64,000 nt of DNA from Lingula anatina (Eukaryota; Animalia; Brachiopoda). The notes beneath the pieces are model-generated. The model saw only the letters and a program-made list of their open reading frames with translations, made no database searches and was not told the DNA's origin. The position numbers and the translations under genes are program-made. Position 1 is the first letter of the stretch. Each line of letters opens with the position of its first letter. The stretch spans positions 12,934,651 through 12,998,650 of the forward strand of contig CM120647.1 in NCBI GenBank assembly GCA_051362555.1. The letters run 5' to 3'. Of this stretch, positions 23,768 through 40,499 are shown piece after piece.

Positions 23768-23894
23768 GTTTACTTTCTTCGAAATTCAAGAGCTGTGGAA
23801 TAGTAAAATGTTATATTGCAACATGTGGAAATTTTTTAAGCATATTGCAAACGAAGAAAATGTAAATTTGCATTTTGCAATTACGACGCTTTTT

Positions 23895-24635
23895 ACCTTT
23901 TTGTAAATAACTGAACGGTTTGAAAAACATCTTTAGCATAGGTCCACATTTATTCTCTTTTAGCTGATTCTGAAAATTAGGATGGGCCCCAAAATACTAC
24001 ATTGCATTTATTAAATTGGGGTCCTGAGAGGAATTTCATTTTATTTTTATTCCAATTAAACGTCGTTGCTAAACGCATGGCGTTTAAAGCAAAATGCAGC
24101 GGATTTCGGCTGGACAAGGGCGTTAAACGAGATAAATAGCGTTTTACTGGATTGAACGGCGCTGAGTTAACCGTTTAGCACAAGTGTAACGAAACTGATG
24201 GCCCGTGTTACAGAAACCCATTTAGTTATTATGGTTAGGGTTAGTCTCCATTTAGTTATAATGGTTAGGGTTAGCCTGACCTAAGTGGGTCAAAATCCTG
24301 TACAAGTGAATGGAAAGCGGACTCTTTACCATGAGACTCTGACATGTTACATCGGCGCTTAATTTGATGTGAACTTGCTCTCTATTGTGCTTGTTGGAAC
24401 TACATGTAGATGACGTCAAAATAAATAACCCACCTGTTATTGCATAAGACTGTCCTAATAACAGGACTCCTAAGGAGACTAGTGCAAATCACCTCAATTC
24501 TTTTTTTAATATTAATAAAAATATCAAAATATTTATTGAAACTGGAACTGTTACAACTGAGAGATCGCTTACGCCCACACCCTGCCCACCTCAGTCTCAA
24601 ACACGTTATCGGGAACCAACACAGACTTAGATCTC
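23895..24635. mobile_element. Insertion specific to copy A's 5' intron (repeat containing ggttagggttag)
   Basis: Homology to copy B stops after gcaattacg.cgc and resumes at ttggttcctcaacac; internal atggttagggttag duplication. Confidence 0.6.
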
Positions 24636-25550
24636 TTTGGTTCCTCAACACTTTTCAGTGGCGTACATGTACAAACGTTGGCTGTAAAATGTGCCGTGGT
24701 TGCAGGTTACATAAATAATGTTTTTCTATGGTTGCAAACGGCGTTGAGTCTGTAGTAGTGACAATGCCCACAATTTATTCTCTGAGCGATCGCAAGTCCG
24801 GTGTTATAGGAGTTTAATATTAAAAACAGCAGGGAATATTACGATAAGCGACCCCCCGGGCTTTCTGTAACTGATATGATGGTAAATATGGTATCTATGG
24901 TGGTAAATATGATATCTATAACCTCTATACATAATCGATAAGACCTTACCGAAATGTAGACTTTCTTATCGATTTTGTCACTTCCACTAGACCAAAGAAT
25001 ATTGCAAAAAAATTGTTGTTCGTATTAAACATCTTTTCACTCCTTATTTTTATTAATTAATTTATTTTATTTTATTTATTTATTTATTTATTTTTATTTA
25101 TTTATTATTATTATTACTTTTTTTTATTTTGCTGAATGTCTCCGTTGTAAAGTATCAATAATAAAACTACAAACAGAACCTACGCCGAACTTAAGATCAG
25201 GTACGCGTTCATTACACTTTGTCAGTTCACACTGTCATTTATTTATTATCATTTGATGCAATTATACATGTACTTTTTGATGAGTAAAACAAGACAAGTT
25301 ACCAAAAGATCCTAATGTTTCAGGTTGAAAACCGCCTGATTCTAAAACGTTTAACAAAGAAAAGACACCATCGCTGAAGTCACTATGATAAGCACAACCA
25401 TTTCATCTACACTCACGAACATTTAATTCCCTTCAACATTTTTACTTTTAAATGTGGAGCACCATAGTTGCACAACTGTGAGATGAGATAACTCATCTAT
25501 AGAAGTATGTAAAATATTCAAAACCTAGAATACATAATTATTATACTTAC

Positions 25551-25730
25551 TAGTGCGTTTGCAAAATTGTGTTTTCGAACAGCCTTTATACTAATGTGAC
25601 TCTGCGCACGTATGTTAACAGCAACGCGTCAGCTCCAACGCTGAAACTAAGCAATACTACTTCCTGGTTCAGAAACGAGTTCAACACGTGACGGGGAAAA
25701 TATACGTCACTGCAAAACGTTTGCATCTAA
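25551..25730 (-). promoter_or_regulatory. Putative non-coding first exon and promoter of copy A
   Basis: GTAAGT donor at 25550, CCAGGAAGT at 25659-25667, GTCACGTG at 25685-25692; paralogous to 9675-9850. Confidence 0.5.
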
Positions 25731-27016
25731 AAGTGGTTGCTTTTTTTTATTTATTTGAGCTTCATTCATATAGACGGGGTTATACATTTACTCCTTTGAA
25801 GGCAGGTCCTGATTTTTTTTCTTTTTCCATTTGTCTAGACAAAAAGTACACCCACAAATAAAATGTGCACTGTGTTATTTCATAGCTTTACTTTTTTCGT
25901 CATAAAATACGAACCAGATACTAAATCCCAATATTCCTAAATTAAAACGTCCATAGTCACTTGACGATTGCAATAAATTTCTAGTTTAAGAGGTCATAAT
26001 GTTTACACAACGTAGCATCTTTGGTAGACATAAAAAGTTATCATCAGGTTGAAGAAGTGTACCCTAGGTTCTAGATTTCCGTATTGCCAGCTCGATCTTG
26101 ATTTCATACATAACCCATATCAGCAATACGAAACTCTAGCCACTAGCGGCAGATTGAGGGCGTGTTTGTCAAAATGTTGCCTGGGGCGCTTCCATATTTG
26201 GAAGTCGCAAGTCTCGTACGTCACAGCTGTATTCGCCTGAGAGCTCCATTTTTGGAAGTCACAAGTCTCGTACGTCATAGGTTTGGCCGCCTGAGCTGAC
26301 TTTCCCGCCCTTCGGTGACTTTATCTCGTGCAAACGAGACAAGAAGCAAAGTGGCTGATACGGAGTTTGAAGTTTGAACTAAGAATATCTTGTAGTCGTA
26401 GGTCAGTGCAACAACACAAGCAACATTCTGCTTTAAAAACTGATTTTGGTCTAGCCATTGCGCAGCCCTTATAGTGGTGTCGGGCATACAGTGTAGCTGT
26501 CAAACTTGGCACACGGTAAGCACGTGTGTTGTGTTTATATATTCAGGAGTAAATGTTATTTGATAAGCAAAAAATACAAAAACATTGGATATTGGATATA
26601 TCTTTTTCTTTTAGGAGAATATTATTCATTTTTCACTTTACATCTTAAATACAGTAAATGAAATTAAATAAAGCATAATTTTAAAAATCTGTTTTACGTT
26701 TCATTTTGGTTTAATGACATTCAACTGCAGACTCACTGTGCAAATTGTAAACAGTTCTTTTTATTCTTAACTCGGTTCTTTTATTCCAAAGTGACATAAG
26801 GCTGATCTCACCAACATCAAAACATCTTATAAAATCAATTGTAAAAATCGAGAACATTACATTAACCACTGCCGTCGTCCTAATATTTTCTTATGAAGGC
26901 TCCATTTTAGTTTAATAAAATTTCGTAAACGTATGAGTATTATATGACGAAGTAGATTATAACGTTTGTTGATACGAGAGGTAGTAAATACAAGAACGGT
27001 ATATTCTTTCATATAA

Positions 27017-27228
27017 TTTATTACTATTTTCCCGTTGTTTCCCCCGCCGTTTTTTCTCCATTTTTATTTCTACATGAACTTCATCCAATATCTAAAGGCC
27101 TTCTCTCCGCTTACATTACACGCAGTTTGCAAGCATCATAAGAACAAACCAATCTACCCTGGATGCAGTTACTGTACAAGCACTCCCCGATCCTTATTCA
27201 CTCATGGCTGTCAATTACTAACATTACA
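27017..27228. repeat. Dispersed ~210 bp repeat, second copy at ~39283-39487
   Basis: Shared ggccttct..c.cttacattacac.cagtt..aag.atcataaga and cactcccc..tccttattca.tcat.gctgtcaattactaacattac. Confidence 0.75.
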
Positions 27229-27625
27229 AATGTATCTTTCACAGTTCACAAGATTCTGAATGAATTTTATCACATAAATGACACATCATGACTAATACGA
27301 GGGGCGGTTACTGTAGCTGAAAACGGTAAAAATAAAATCATTTGTGCGGCCACCACTTCCATTTTTGCCTTCCCTGGATAAATGTGGCTTTAATATTTAC
27401 AGGTTGGAGACAGATTGACGAGCACAAGATCGGTTTGGCTAATAAACCGGTCAGCATAAATGGAGCGATTGTTACATTGTACCTGTTCCAAGCTGAGTAT
27501 CTGTCGTGTTAAGTTAATGCTCTTCAACGACGAAAGTTTTGTCGACGGGCATCACAATCTTGGGCGTTAATAATAATAGTGCCGTACATAACGCTTAATT
27601 GTCAAATTCCTTTCTTGTATGTGAA

Positions 27626-31135
<3,510 letters not shown>

Positions 31136-31846
31136 TGCGGTACCGCAACTCCTAGCAGTTATCTCAGACTTGTTCTGGTAGCACACAATCTTAATAAATT
31201 CACGCAGCTATGGGTGGCTTAGTGGTGGATCCTTGCAAACAGATGCACTAGTAGTTCTAGCGTGCAATATCGTTAACTTTGCCTTCATTAGTTATAGATC
31301 TGGTGACATTCTACTGCGGCATCCGCTTTCATTGTGCTGATCACACCGAGGACAACTCCATGTAGCTAAAATGAAGAAATAAAAATCTAATAAATGAATT
31401 ACTTTGAAAATCGTCCAGTAAATTAAGTTCATAATATTAAGAATAATAATGTGCGGTATCGATACACTCCTTGTCACGGGGAGAAGATTGAAGCACTGAA
31501 GTCATTTGGTATGTAACTTGGTCGGTTATCAATAATAATAATAATATACTGCAAGGACAGCGATGAAGAGGCAGACCCAGAACAAGCCGGATGGGAAATC
31601 TGAAAAAAATTTGTTAAAAGGCGAAGAACCAGGATAGCTGCTAATTCGTGGGTGCTTCCACGACCTAATTGCCTACGGACCTAGTGATGAGTGGTTCTGG
31701 GTCCACTCTTTTCTGGCGGGGATCAATATGCAATATGTGACATATACAACTCTATGTTACGCCACGGAACTTAGCTTACTCAGCCTCCCTGCCTAACAAA
31801 ACTTGATTACCAACATTACGTGGTCACATGCACACATACACACATA

Positions 31847-32087
31847 CACACACTGGACAATAGAAGTGTCAACCCTACTGAACCAATACTTTGGGGGAGA
31901 TAAATGACTGTGGAATGATATATGCTCCTGGTATAATTTTATTAACATCAAATTACACAAAAGAAACGGTTCTGGCTGAACAATTCAACTGTATCGATAT
32001 CCTGACATTGCTTAAATTCCTCCTCTTCCGGTTTATAACCTTGATTACTCTGATTCAGGGGGTGACACTTTTATTGTCCAGTGTGTG
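31847..32087. mobile_element. Tc1/mariner-type MITE (TA-flanked, ~27 bp TIR)
   Basis: ta|cacacactggacaatagaagtgtcaaccc ... gggtgacacttttattgtccagtgtgtg|ta. Confidence 0.85.
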
Positions 32088-32153
32088 TATAACCCTAAGA
32101 ACAATGTTACTGTCATGGAAATCCTGGTCAACGAAGCCAAGGAACTGATCCTG

Positions 32154-32204
<51 letters not shown>

Positions 32205-32237
32205 TATTTACTTATTATTTTATTTTTATTTTTATTT

Positions 32238-32276
<39 letters not shown>

Positions 32277-32711
32277 TTTTTTTTTTTGTGAAACCAGGCC
32301 AGAAAAGCCCCCCGACCCTTTCTGTACAGCCATAATGCAACCACGGCTTTGTTATGATGTCCGACATTGGAGACATTTTAGGGAAAACTACCAAGATAAC
32401 AGTAACTGAATTAATCCCACACAAACCGAAGTTTAAGTCCAGCAAATGTCTTGTACCAGTAAGATTTAATAAAAAAATTTATGGGCTGTGTTTATCATGG
32501 CATAAATGCTGTTCCACCAAGACATTTAGAATAATTCTCACTAACCTTGCAGACTTTTTTACATAGTGGGCAAAATTTTCACTAGTAGGCACATTATGTT
32601 TAAAGAATGTTAAAATCAGTACACATACTGAAACAGGTGCGTGGCATAAACATATCAGAAGAACGATACCTGCGTATATAGGCCTACTGGGCACACGCCT
32701 TATGATATAGT

Positions 32712-35700
32712 TATTTTCATTTGCAGTGTCGATAAATTGATTTCCCAACAGAGACTGCGTGAAGCACCAAGTTATATATATCATATAATATACACCCATA
32801 GCGTTTTGAATGACACACATTCGATTCCCACTCAGTCCTTTTTTTATTTATTTATTGTTTTAATTGTTATTATTGTTAAAGTCACAAAATATTTTACTCG
32901 GGGCAAGTTTGGAAATAAGACTTTCACGCAGAATATAGTATATAAAGAGATTCTATAAATCATGTATAGGCCTACTAATCTCTTATCACGTTTCAATCTA
33001 TTACCATGTGACGGGTATCAGCTAGAAAGCTGTATAAAGAAGTCTTCATCGTCACAAAAACTAGTACCAGTACCTAGTGTATACGCCCTGAAATACCAAC
33101 TTAACTCAGGTGACACCTTATTGCTGGTGGCCTAGTTCTTTATTTAAAGAATTGAACGAGTGTCTTTCAAACAACTTGGCTTACGGTTGACCTCACGCAT
33201 TGTTATTCGTTACAAAGGTTTGACTAACAACAAGCGCGTCCATGTTGAGAACAACATTCGTTATAATCAAGACATATATAGCACACAGAGATTGTCTGGT
33301 TTCAGTACGTTTAACATGGAAATGGCTTGATCACGAAAATAACAATGCTAACCACATACGTGTACACATTCAATCTACTCGATAAATTTACACCTGACCC
33401 TGTAGAATATAAACAGACCAGAAGACAGCAAATTCAAAAGGGGAGTCTGTTTCTGAAAAAAGTAGACCTTTTACCATGAAACCTTCCAGTATCAGGATAA
33501 AAATTTACCCGGAGGGGACCTGTTCCTAGATATTTTTCGAACCCCCAAACCCCCCACCCCGCGACTACGGGCCTGATAAATCAACCTACATGTAGATGCA
33601 TATATATATATAATTTTTTTTTTCTGTACCAAGTACCAGTAGGCTTACATGTACATACAACCCTTAACTATCCAAAATCATATAAATTTAAGCTACTCGA
33701 TCAACTCACCAGCGTATTCATAGAAAGAACACCTTTGACCAGCTTGCATGTATGTGCCACCAAACACTACAGGAGCTCTATAGGTATATGAACGTGTTTG
33801 TTTTACCTGTCCTCCCGGTCGATGAAACGATCATATCACGTGATATGAAAAAATATGAAGAAAATAGACACGAGCTCACGAGGTGAATGTCAAGGTTGTC
33901 CGACTGAAAAGGCCTCTTACCAACATGAGCAAAATTGAAACATATCCGAAACTTAAATTCTCCCGTATTTAGGTCACGATCTAAAGCAAAATTGGCCTTT
34001 GGGGTGGACGACAATTAAAAAAATGAATTGTTACAAATTTGAGTCCATATTGGAGAACGTCCTCTCCCCAAAATAGAGAAGACGTCAACCGCAGGTGTTC
34101 TCACGGTGTTAGCCAGACAGAGTGTGCTGCCTAAATTAGCACTCGTACAAGGAGAAACAAATATGGCGGAGGAGTTCCAAGTAAGTCGTTTACAAATGCA
34201 CGTTAGTTACAACACTCTCCTTTCATTGTCCGTAGACATGTTTGTGCCTTTTAGCATTGAAAGAATTTATTTAACTGACAATGGTGCATGGAACTTCTAG
34301 GTCCAGTGGTACACGACTTGGAAGAGGTGGGAGATCAGGAGGACTGGCCCAAGATCATGAAGAGAGAATTCAGTAGTTGAGAAGAGAACTTGAGGTATAA
34401 AAAATCATTAAAACTTATATTGAACAGACAAATTGTAATTAAGCTTCTCGCTGTACATGGAGGTTTTGTCAGGTGATTATGAGCATGGTGGTCTTTAGAT
34501 GCTAAATATGTCTGACTTAATAACATCTCTCAAATGTACCTGATTAAGAAGAATCTATTTTAGAAGTAACATATATGCTCCACTTCTTCAAGCTAAATAT
34601 GGTTTTGATGTATTTAAGTACATGTGCGATTTCGGAAACGCTTACTTACCTAAACTTATTAATTGTTGCAGTAATTACTTTTGGAAAGATGTCATCATCT
34701 CTTGGAAAAACGTAACCACATGCCTTTATGATAAAAAGAGCATAATCACACTGGAGCCTATATGGTACAACGATAATTTAGTGTTGGGTGTAATCCTGTG
34801 TTTATAAAGCACTGGTATACCAAAGGTGTAAAAATTGTTGGAATTATTATTATTATTTTTTTTTATTTATTTTTTTTTTTTATTATTTTTTTTTTTTTTG
34901 ACGAAGACAGGATTTTATCGAAGGAGAAATTCGAAAATAAATTAACATTACAAAGCTGCAGTGAACTCAGATTCTACGGTTATTTCCGTTTGCAGAGTCG
35001 ATAAATTGATTTCCCAACAGAGACTGCGTGAAGCACCAAGTTATATAATTCATATAATATACACCTATAGTATTTTGAATGACACACATTCGATTCCCAC
35101 TCAGTCCTTTTTTTTCTTTTATTTATTTTTTTAATTGTTATTATTGTTTAAGTCACAAAATATTTTACTCGGGGCAAGTTTGGAAATAAGACTTTCACGC
35201 AGAATATAGTATATAAAGAGATTCTATAAATCATGTATACTAATCTCTTGTCACGTTTCAATCTATTACCATGTGACGGGTATCAGCTAGAAAGCTGTAT
35301 AAAGAAGTCTTCGTCGTCACAACAACTAGTACCAGTACCTAGTGTATACGCCCTGAAATACCAACTTAACTCAGGTGACACCTTATTGCTGGTGGCCTAG
35401 TTCTTTATTTAAAGAATTGAACGAGTGTCTTTCAAACAACTTGGCTTACGGTTGACCTCACGCATTGTTATTCGTTACAAAGGTTTGACTAACAACAAGC
35501 GCGTCCATGTTGAGAACAACATTCGTTATAATCAAGACACATATAGCACACAGAGATTGTCTGGCTTTAACGCGGAAATGGCTTGATCACGAAAATAACA
35601 ATGCTAACCACATACGTGTACACATTCAATCTACTCGATAAATTTACACCTGACCCTGTAGAATATAAACAGACCCGAAGACAGCAAATTCAAAAGGGGA

Positions 35701-37093
35701 GTCTGTTTCTGAAAAAAGTAGACCTTTTACCATGAAACCTTCCAGTATCAGGATAAAAATTTACCAAGAGGGGACCTGTTCCTAGATATTTTTCGAACCC
35801 CCAAACCCCCCACCCCGCGACTACGGGCCTGATAAATCAACCTACATGTAGATGCATATATATATATAATTTTTTTTTCTGTACCAAGTACCAGTAGGCT
35901 TACATGTACATACAACCCTTAACTATCCAAAATCATATAAATTTAAGCTACTCGATCAACTCACCAGCGTATTCATAGAAAGAACACCTTTGACCAGCTT
36001 GCATGTATGTGCCACCAAACACTACAGGAGCTCTATAGGTATATGAACGTGTTTGTTTTACCTGTCCTCCCGGGCGATGAAACGATCATATCACGTGATA
36101 TGAAAAAATATGAAGACAATAGACACGAGCTCACGAGGTGAATGTCAAGGTTGTCCGACTGAAAAGGCCTCTTACCAACATGAGCAAAATTGAAACATAT
36201 CCGAAACTTAAATTCTCCCGTATTTAGGTCACGATCTAAAGCAAAATTGGCCTTTGGGGTGGACGACAATTAAAAAAATGAATTGTTACAAATTTGAGTC
36301 CATATTGGAGAACGTCCTCTCCCCAAAATAGAGAAGACGTCAACCGCAGGTGTTCTCACGGTGTTAGCCAGACAGAGTGTGCTGCCTAAATTAGCACTCG
36401 TACAAGGAGAAACAAATATGGCGGAGGAGTTCCAAGAAAGTCGTTTACAAATGCACGTTAGTTACAACACTCTCCTTTCATTGTCCGTAGACATGTTTGT
36501 GCCTTTTAGCATTGAAAGAATTTATTTAACTGACAATGGTGCATGGAACTTCTAGGTCCAGTGGTACACGACTTGGAAGAGGTGGGAGATCAGGAGGACT
36601 GGCCCAAGATCATGAAGAGAGAATTCAGTACTTGAGAAGAGAACTTGAGGTATAAAAAATCATTAAAACTTATATTGAACAGACAAATTGTAATTAAGCT
36701 TCTCGCTGTACATGGAGGTTTTGTCAGGTGATTATGAGCATGGTGGTCTTAAGATGCTAAATATGTCTGACTTAATAACATCTCTCAAATGTACCTGATT
36801 AAGAAGAATCTATTTTAAAAGTAACATATATGCTCCACTTCTTCAAGCTAAATATGGTTTTGATGTATTTAAGTACATGAGCGATTTCGGAAACGCTTAC
36901 TTACCTAAACTTAATAATTGTTGCAGTAATTACTTTTGGAAAGATGTCATCATCTCTTGGAAAAACGTAACCACATGCCTTTATGATAAAAAGAGCATAA
37001 TCACACTGGAGCCTATATGGTATGGTAATTTAGTGTTGGGTATAATCCTGTGTTTATTAAGCACTGGTATACCAAAGGTGTAAAAATTGTTGG

Positions 37094-37136
<43 letters not shown>

Positions 37137-37216
37137 ACGAAGACAGGATTTTATGGAAGGAGAAATTCGAAAATAAATTAACATTACAAAGATGCAGTGA
37201 ACTCAGATTCTACGGT
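32712..37216. repeat. Near-identical tandem duplication, units 32712-34980 and 34981-37216
   Basis: Colinear with only scattered SNPs and small indels; junction ...ttctacggt|tatttccgtttgcag; duplicated ORF-track entries (33778/36033, 34106/36361). Confidence 0.96.
34400..34980 (+). mobile_element. Duplicated 5' part of the Tx1/L1 LINE fragment
   Basis: FGNAY...NYFWKDVIISW...EPIWYN...HWYTKGV; cut at the duplication junction. Confidence 0.7.
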
Positions 37217-37900
37217 ATACGAAACTGTATCAGGCACAAAACACAAACTGATGTTACTGAGAATACCCCCTGTCCATTTACCCCACAATCTGTAGAACTA
37301 CTCCTTGAAAGCAGAAAGGGCAGCAAAGACGTTTACCAAACTCTCTATAAACCGGCTAAGAATAGAAAAATTGAAAAAAGGTGGAACTTGAAATTAAACA
37401 CTGATACAAAGTATGAAATTGTAAATAGTAACTGTTTTAGGTCTACAAATGACACCAAACTCCAATGATTTCAGTATCGGACAATACACAGAATCTTGCC
37501 GGTAAAATCATACTTGAAAACTATTGGTGTGGAAGAGGACGATGACTGCCCATATTGTGGTGAAGATAAGGAGAATATTTCACATATTTTGTTTCATTGT
37601 GCAAGAAGTAAAGACATCTGGTGGGACTTTAAAAAATCATATCTTTACCAGAACGGGTAATGAGGTCATTCTTTAGGGAGAAAATACCCTTTTTGGTTTT
37701 CCTTCTAACTTTGTTAGTCCAATAACCTTTATTATAATAGCTACTAAATTTTATATTAACCGGTGCACAAAAAGAAAGAGAATATGCAGCTTTCATCGCT
37801 TCTCAATTTTTTGAAAGAAAAATATACCATAGGGAGATACATCTCATCAGAAAAATTATGGTGTATTTAGAGCAACATTCTTCAATGACCAAATTATGAA
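36655..37900 (+). mobile_element. Tx1/L1-clade LINE ORF2 C-terminal remnant
   Basis: FWKDVIISW, EPIWY, KGSKDVY, NDTKLQ*FQYRTIHRILP, and CCHC finger CPYCGEDKENISHILFHC (~37547-37600); stops and frameshifts. Confidence 0.85.
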
Positions 37901-39010
37901 AATTGTGGTGTTCATACATTTTCAAATATTTTATTTTGGCAGTAAGCTATTGCACATATCAATGCAGAAATGACAGACATAAAAGCGAACATTTTTTTTT
38001 TCATTACCAGAGCATGCATGCTGGTGTTGCCAGACAGTGCTGGATACATTGTGACCAGTGTGACAAAAATCCTGCCCTTGCACCGGATATGAAGATGCTT
38101 CTGCTAGTAATTTTTTTCCGGGCAGTGACCCAGCACCAGTGGAGATGGCCCATTCTCATTTCCCACTCACTGTTATGTCCCCTTCATTTCGGCTGCTGGT
38201 GTTTTTGTTTGATCATTTATCTCTGAAGAAAATCAAAGAAAAACTACATGTATTACCCTTTTTGTACCGTGAGTATCTGTTTACAGACTAAACATTATTT
38301 TCATAGTTTATTTTATATGACTTTCAAATTCCTTGTGGATATTCACTTTTCAATATTAAAATCTAGTAGGAAAAAACAGTTGTTTATTACTTGTAATTTA
38401 GAACATACATAATTGTTTTAAAGGTATCTTTCAAGACTGATTAAATGTGTTGAATATTTGTGCTGTAACATGCATTCCAATAAAGATCTAATCGGTTTAA
38501 CATTCTTATTCCATTCTTCTTCCCACAAAGCTTGAGGTCATAAGACCTCTTTCATGCAAGTCGTTGTGTAAAAGGATTCTTTTCATTCTACTGTAATCTG
38601 TGCAACAATTTGGCAAATGTAGTAAATAAAGGTATGGAAAAATAAGGTGCTTTCATTTATCAGTTCCTCATACCAAAAGAAAAATATAACACTTCATATA
38701 TTCTGGTCATATTTCCAACTAAAATCAATAATTTTAAACGGAAACAATTAATGTATGTCTGGATGGATTTATCAACATTTTGGGGTTCAGGAGAAAATAG
38801 GCAAAGTTTCAGAATAAATCTATTGTATGCTATATAAGCGTCTATATCGGTAAGAGTCCCATTAAAAGTGTTTGCCTGGTCTTTATGGCTCTGTTTGATC
38901 AAGTTACGACCTCACCCCTTTAAGGTATACATACAGCCTATTCATTTAAGCAGTCGCATTTCTGGCCTCACGGAATTGTCATCTGTCGCTGTCGTTATCT
39001 TTTGCAGGTA

Positions 39011-39248
39011 CACACAATGGACAATAGAAGTGTCACCCCTACTGAACCAATACTATGGGGGAGATAAATGACTGTGGGATGATATGCTCCTGGTATCATT
39101 TTGTTAACATCAAATTTCACAAAAAGACCAACAATACAATTACATGGTACAGCGGTTTTATACTCATTAGTCACATTATAAGTAGACCAGGCATTATAAC
39201 TTTGATTACTCTGATTCAGGGGGTGACACTTCTATTCTCCAGTGTGTG
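39011..39248. mobile_element. Second copy of the Tc1/mariner-type MITE
   Basis: ta|cacacaatggacaatagaagtgtcacccc ... ggggtgacacttctattctccagtgtgtg|ta; homologous to 31847-32087. Confidence 0.85.
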
Positions 39249-39499
39249 TAGTATACACAACTCTGTTGTAATCTTTCATGTTATTTATTAGCTACTTTCC
39301 AGTTGGTTCCCGCGCCGCTTTCTTACCATTTCTATCTCTACCTATCTCTGCAATTTCCAGCGGCCTTCTTTCGTTTACATTACACACAGTTGTGTAAGTA
39401 TCATAAGAGCATGTCAAACAACTCAGTTACTCTACAAAACACTCCCCACTCCTTATTCAATCATAGCTGTCAATTACTAACATTACGCATCGTTCAGTC

Positions 39500-39855
39500 T
39501 TTTCTCTTCTCCCTGCTTCATCCCTCTATATTCAGCTAGTTTAGCGAGGGGACAGTGCAAACCATTAATTGTTATATTAGTGTTTGGTACGATCCGGAGT
39601 GACAGGAATGGTAGTCCTCGGAATGGAAGTCCGGGGTCCCATATATATACTAAGTACAGGTTAGGGATAGTCAGAGTATTGGGGTTAGTATATGGTACGA
39701 ATATCACCTTTAAAATGTTATGGGGAACGGACTACGGTTCCCTAGCTGAATACCATTCCTGACACACGGGCCGTGGGTACGAACCCATAACATCCTGCTC
39801 CGGAGGCGACAACTCAACCAGGACTAGATCAAATAACGCCATCCCCTTGCGGCCG
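39500..39855 (-). mobile_element. tRNA-derived SINE (possibly Meta-domain type) interrupted by a MITE
   Basis: Minus strand has a B-box-like gggttcgtaccc, then after the MITE ccggatcgtaccaaacact...aatggtttgcactgtcccctcgctaa, resembling my recollection of Meta-SINE cores. Confidence 0.55.
39598..39766. mobile_element. Ginger-related MITE
   Basis: TIRs agtgacaggaatggta / taccattcctgacaca (14/16); flanks ccgg/cggg; left end resembles tgtgaaagaaatggtagtcct at 19574. Confidence 0.7.
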
Positions 39856-40462
39856 TAAAGATTTTTGTTTACATTCGGAGAGTAAAGTACACACAATGAA
39901 ATGTGTTCATATAGGTAGATATAAGCCAAGCCCCGTTGGGTGTTTTTAAACGTCAAAACAATAAAAACCACCTGCGAAATTACACTGCTCCTTTTCGAGT
40001 GCGAGCTACTTTGCCAATCGATTGCGTTAGTTTAGCCGCCGCAATGTACAACAGTAGCAACACAAATGATATTACGCGAATGCAGCAGCTGGTTTATCAA
40101 TTGTGACTAATTCAGTACAATATAAGATGAAAAACGAGATTAACAGAAAAGGCGACGACCTATTATGTTTTTGGTGATTTGTAAAAACAGATTTTACGAC
40201 CAAGATAGGCATACTAGGGATGAAATGTAGGTAAAACTATGACGGAATTTGAACATTTCAAGAATAGACATGGTCTTAATTTGAGCTCTTATTTTTTTAA
40301 TTGATATGATTACTTATTGATCTAAATATGAAACAGATTTATGAAATATTCGTCAAAGTGCATGGGTACAAGAAGGCCCAATATGCACACACATAACTCC
40401 TACAATAATGCCATATGAATGCATATGTGTGAGCTCAACACACGCGCATGTGCTCGCACACA

Positions 40463-40499
<37 letters not shown>

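Noticed and set aside
24225-24290. Interstitial telomere (GGTTAGGGTTAG)
   Set aside because: Only two short runs inside a copy-A-specific insertion; typical of small repeats.
33778-34014. Duplicated 78 aa ORF (also 36033-36269)
   Set aside because: TTG start, no domain; identity reflects the tandem duplication only.
39765-39850. tRNA gene
   Set aside because: B-box-like motif present but no complete cloverleaf; continues into a SINE-like body.
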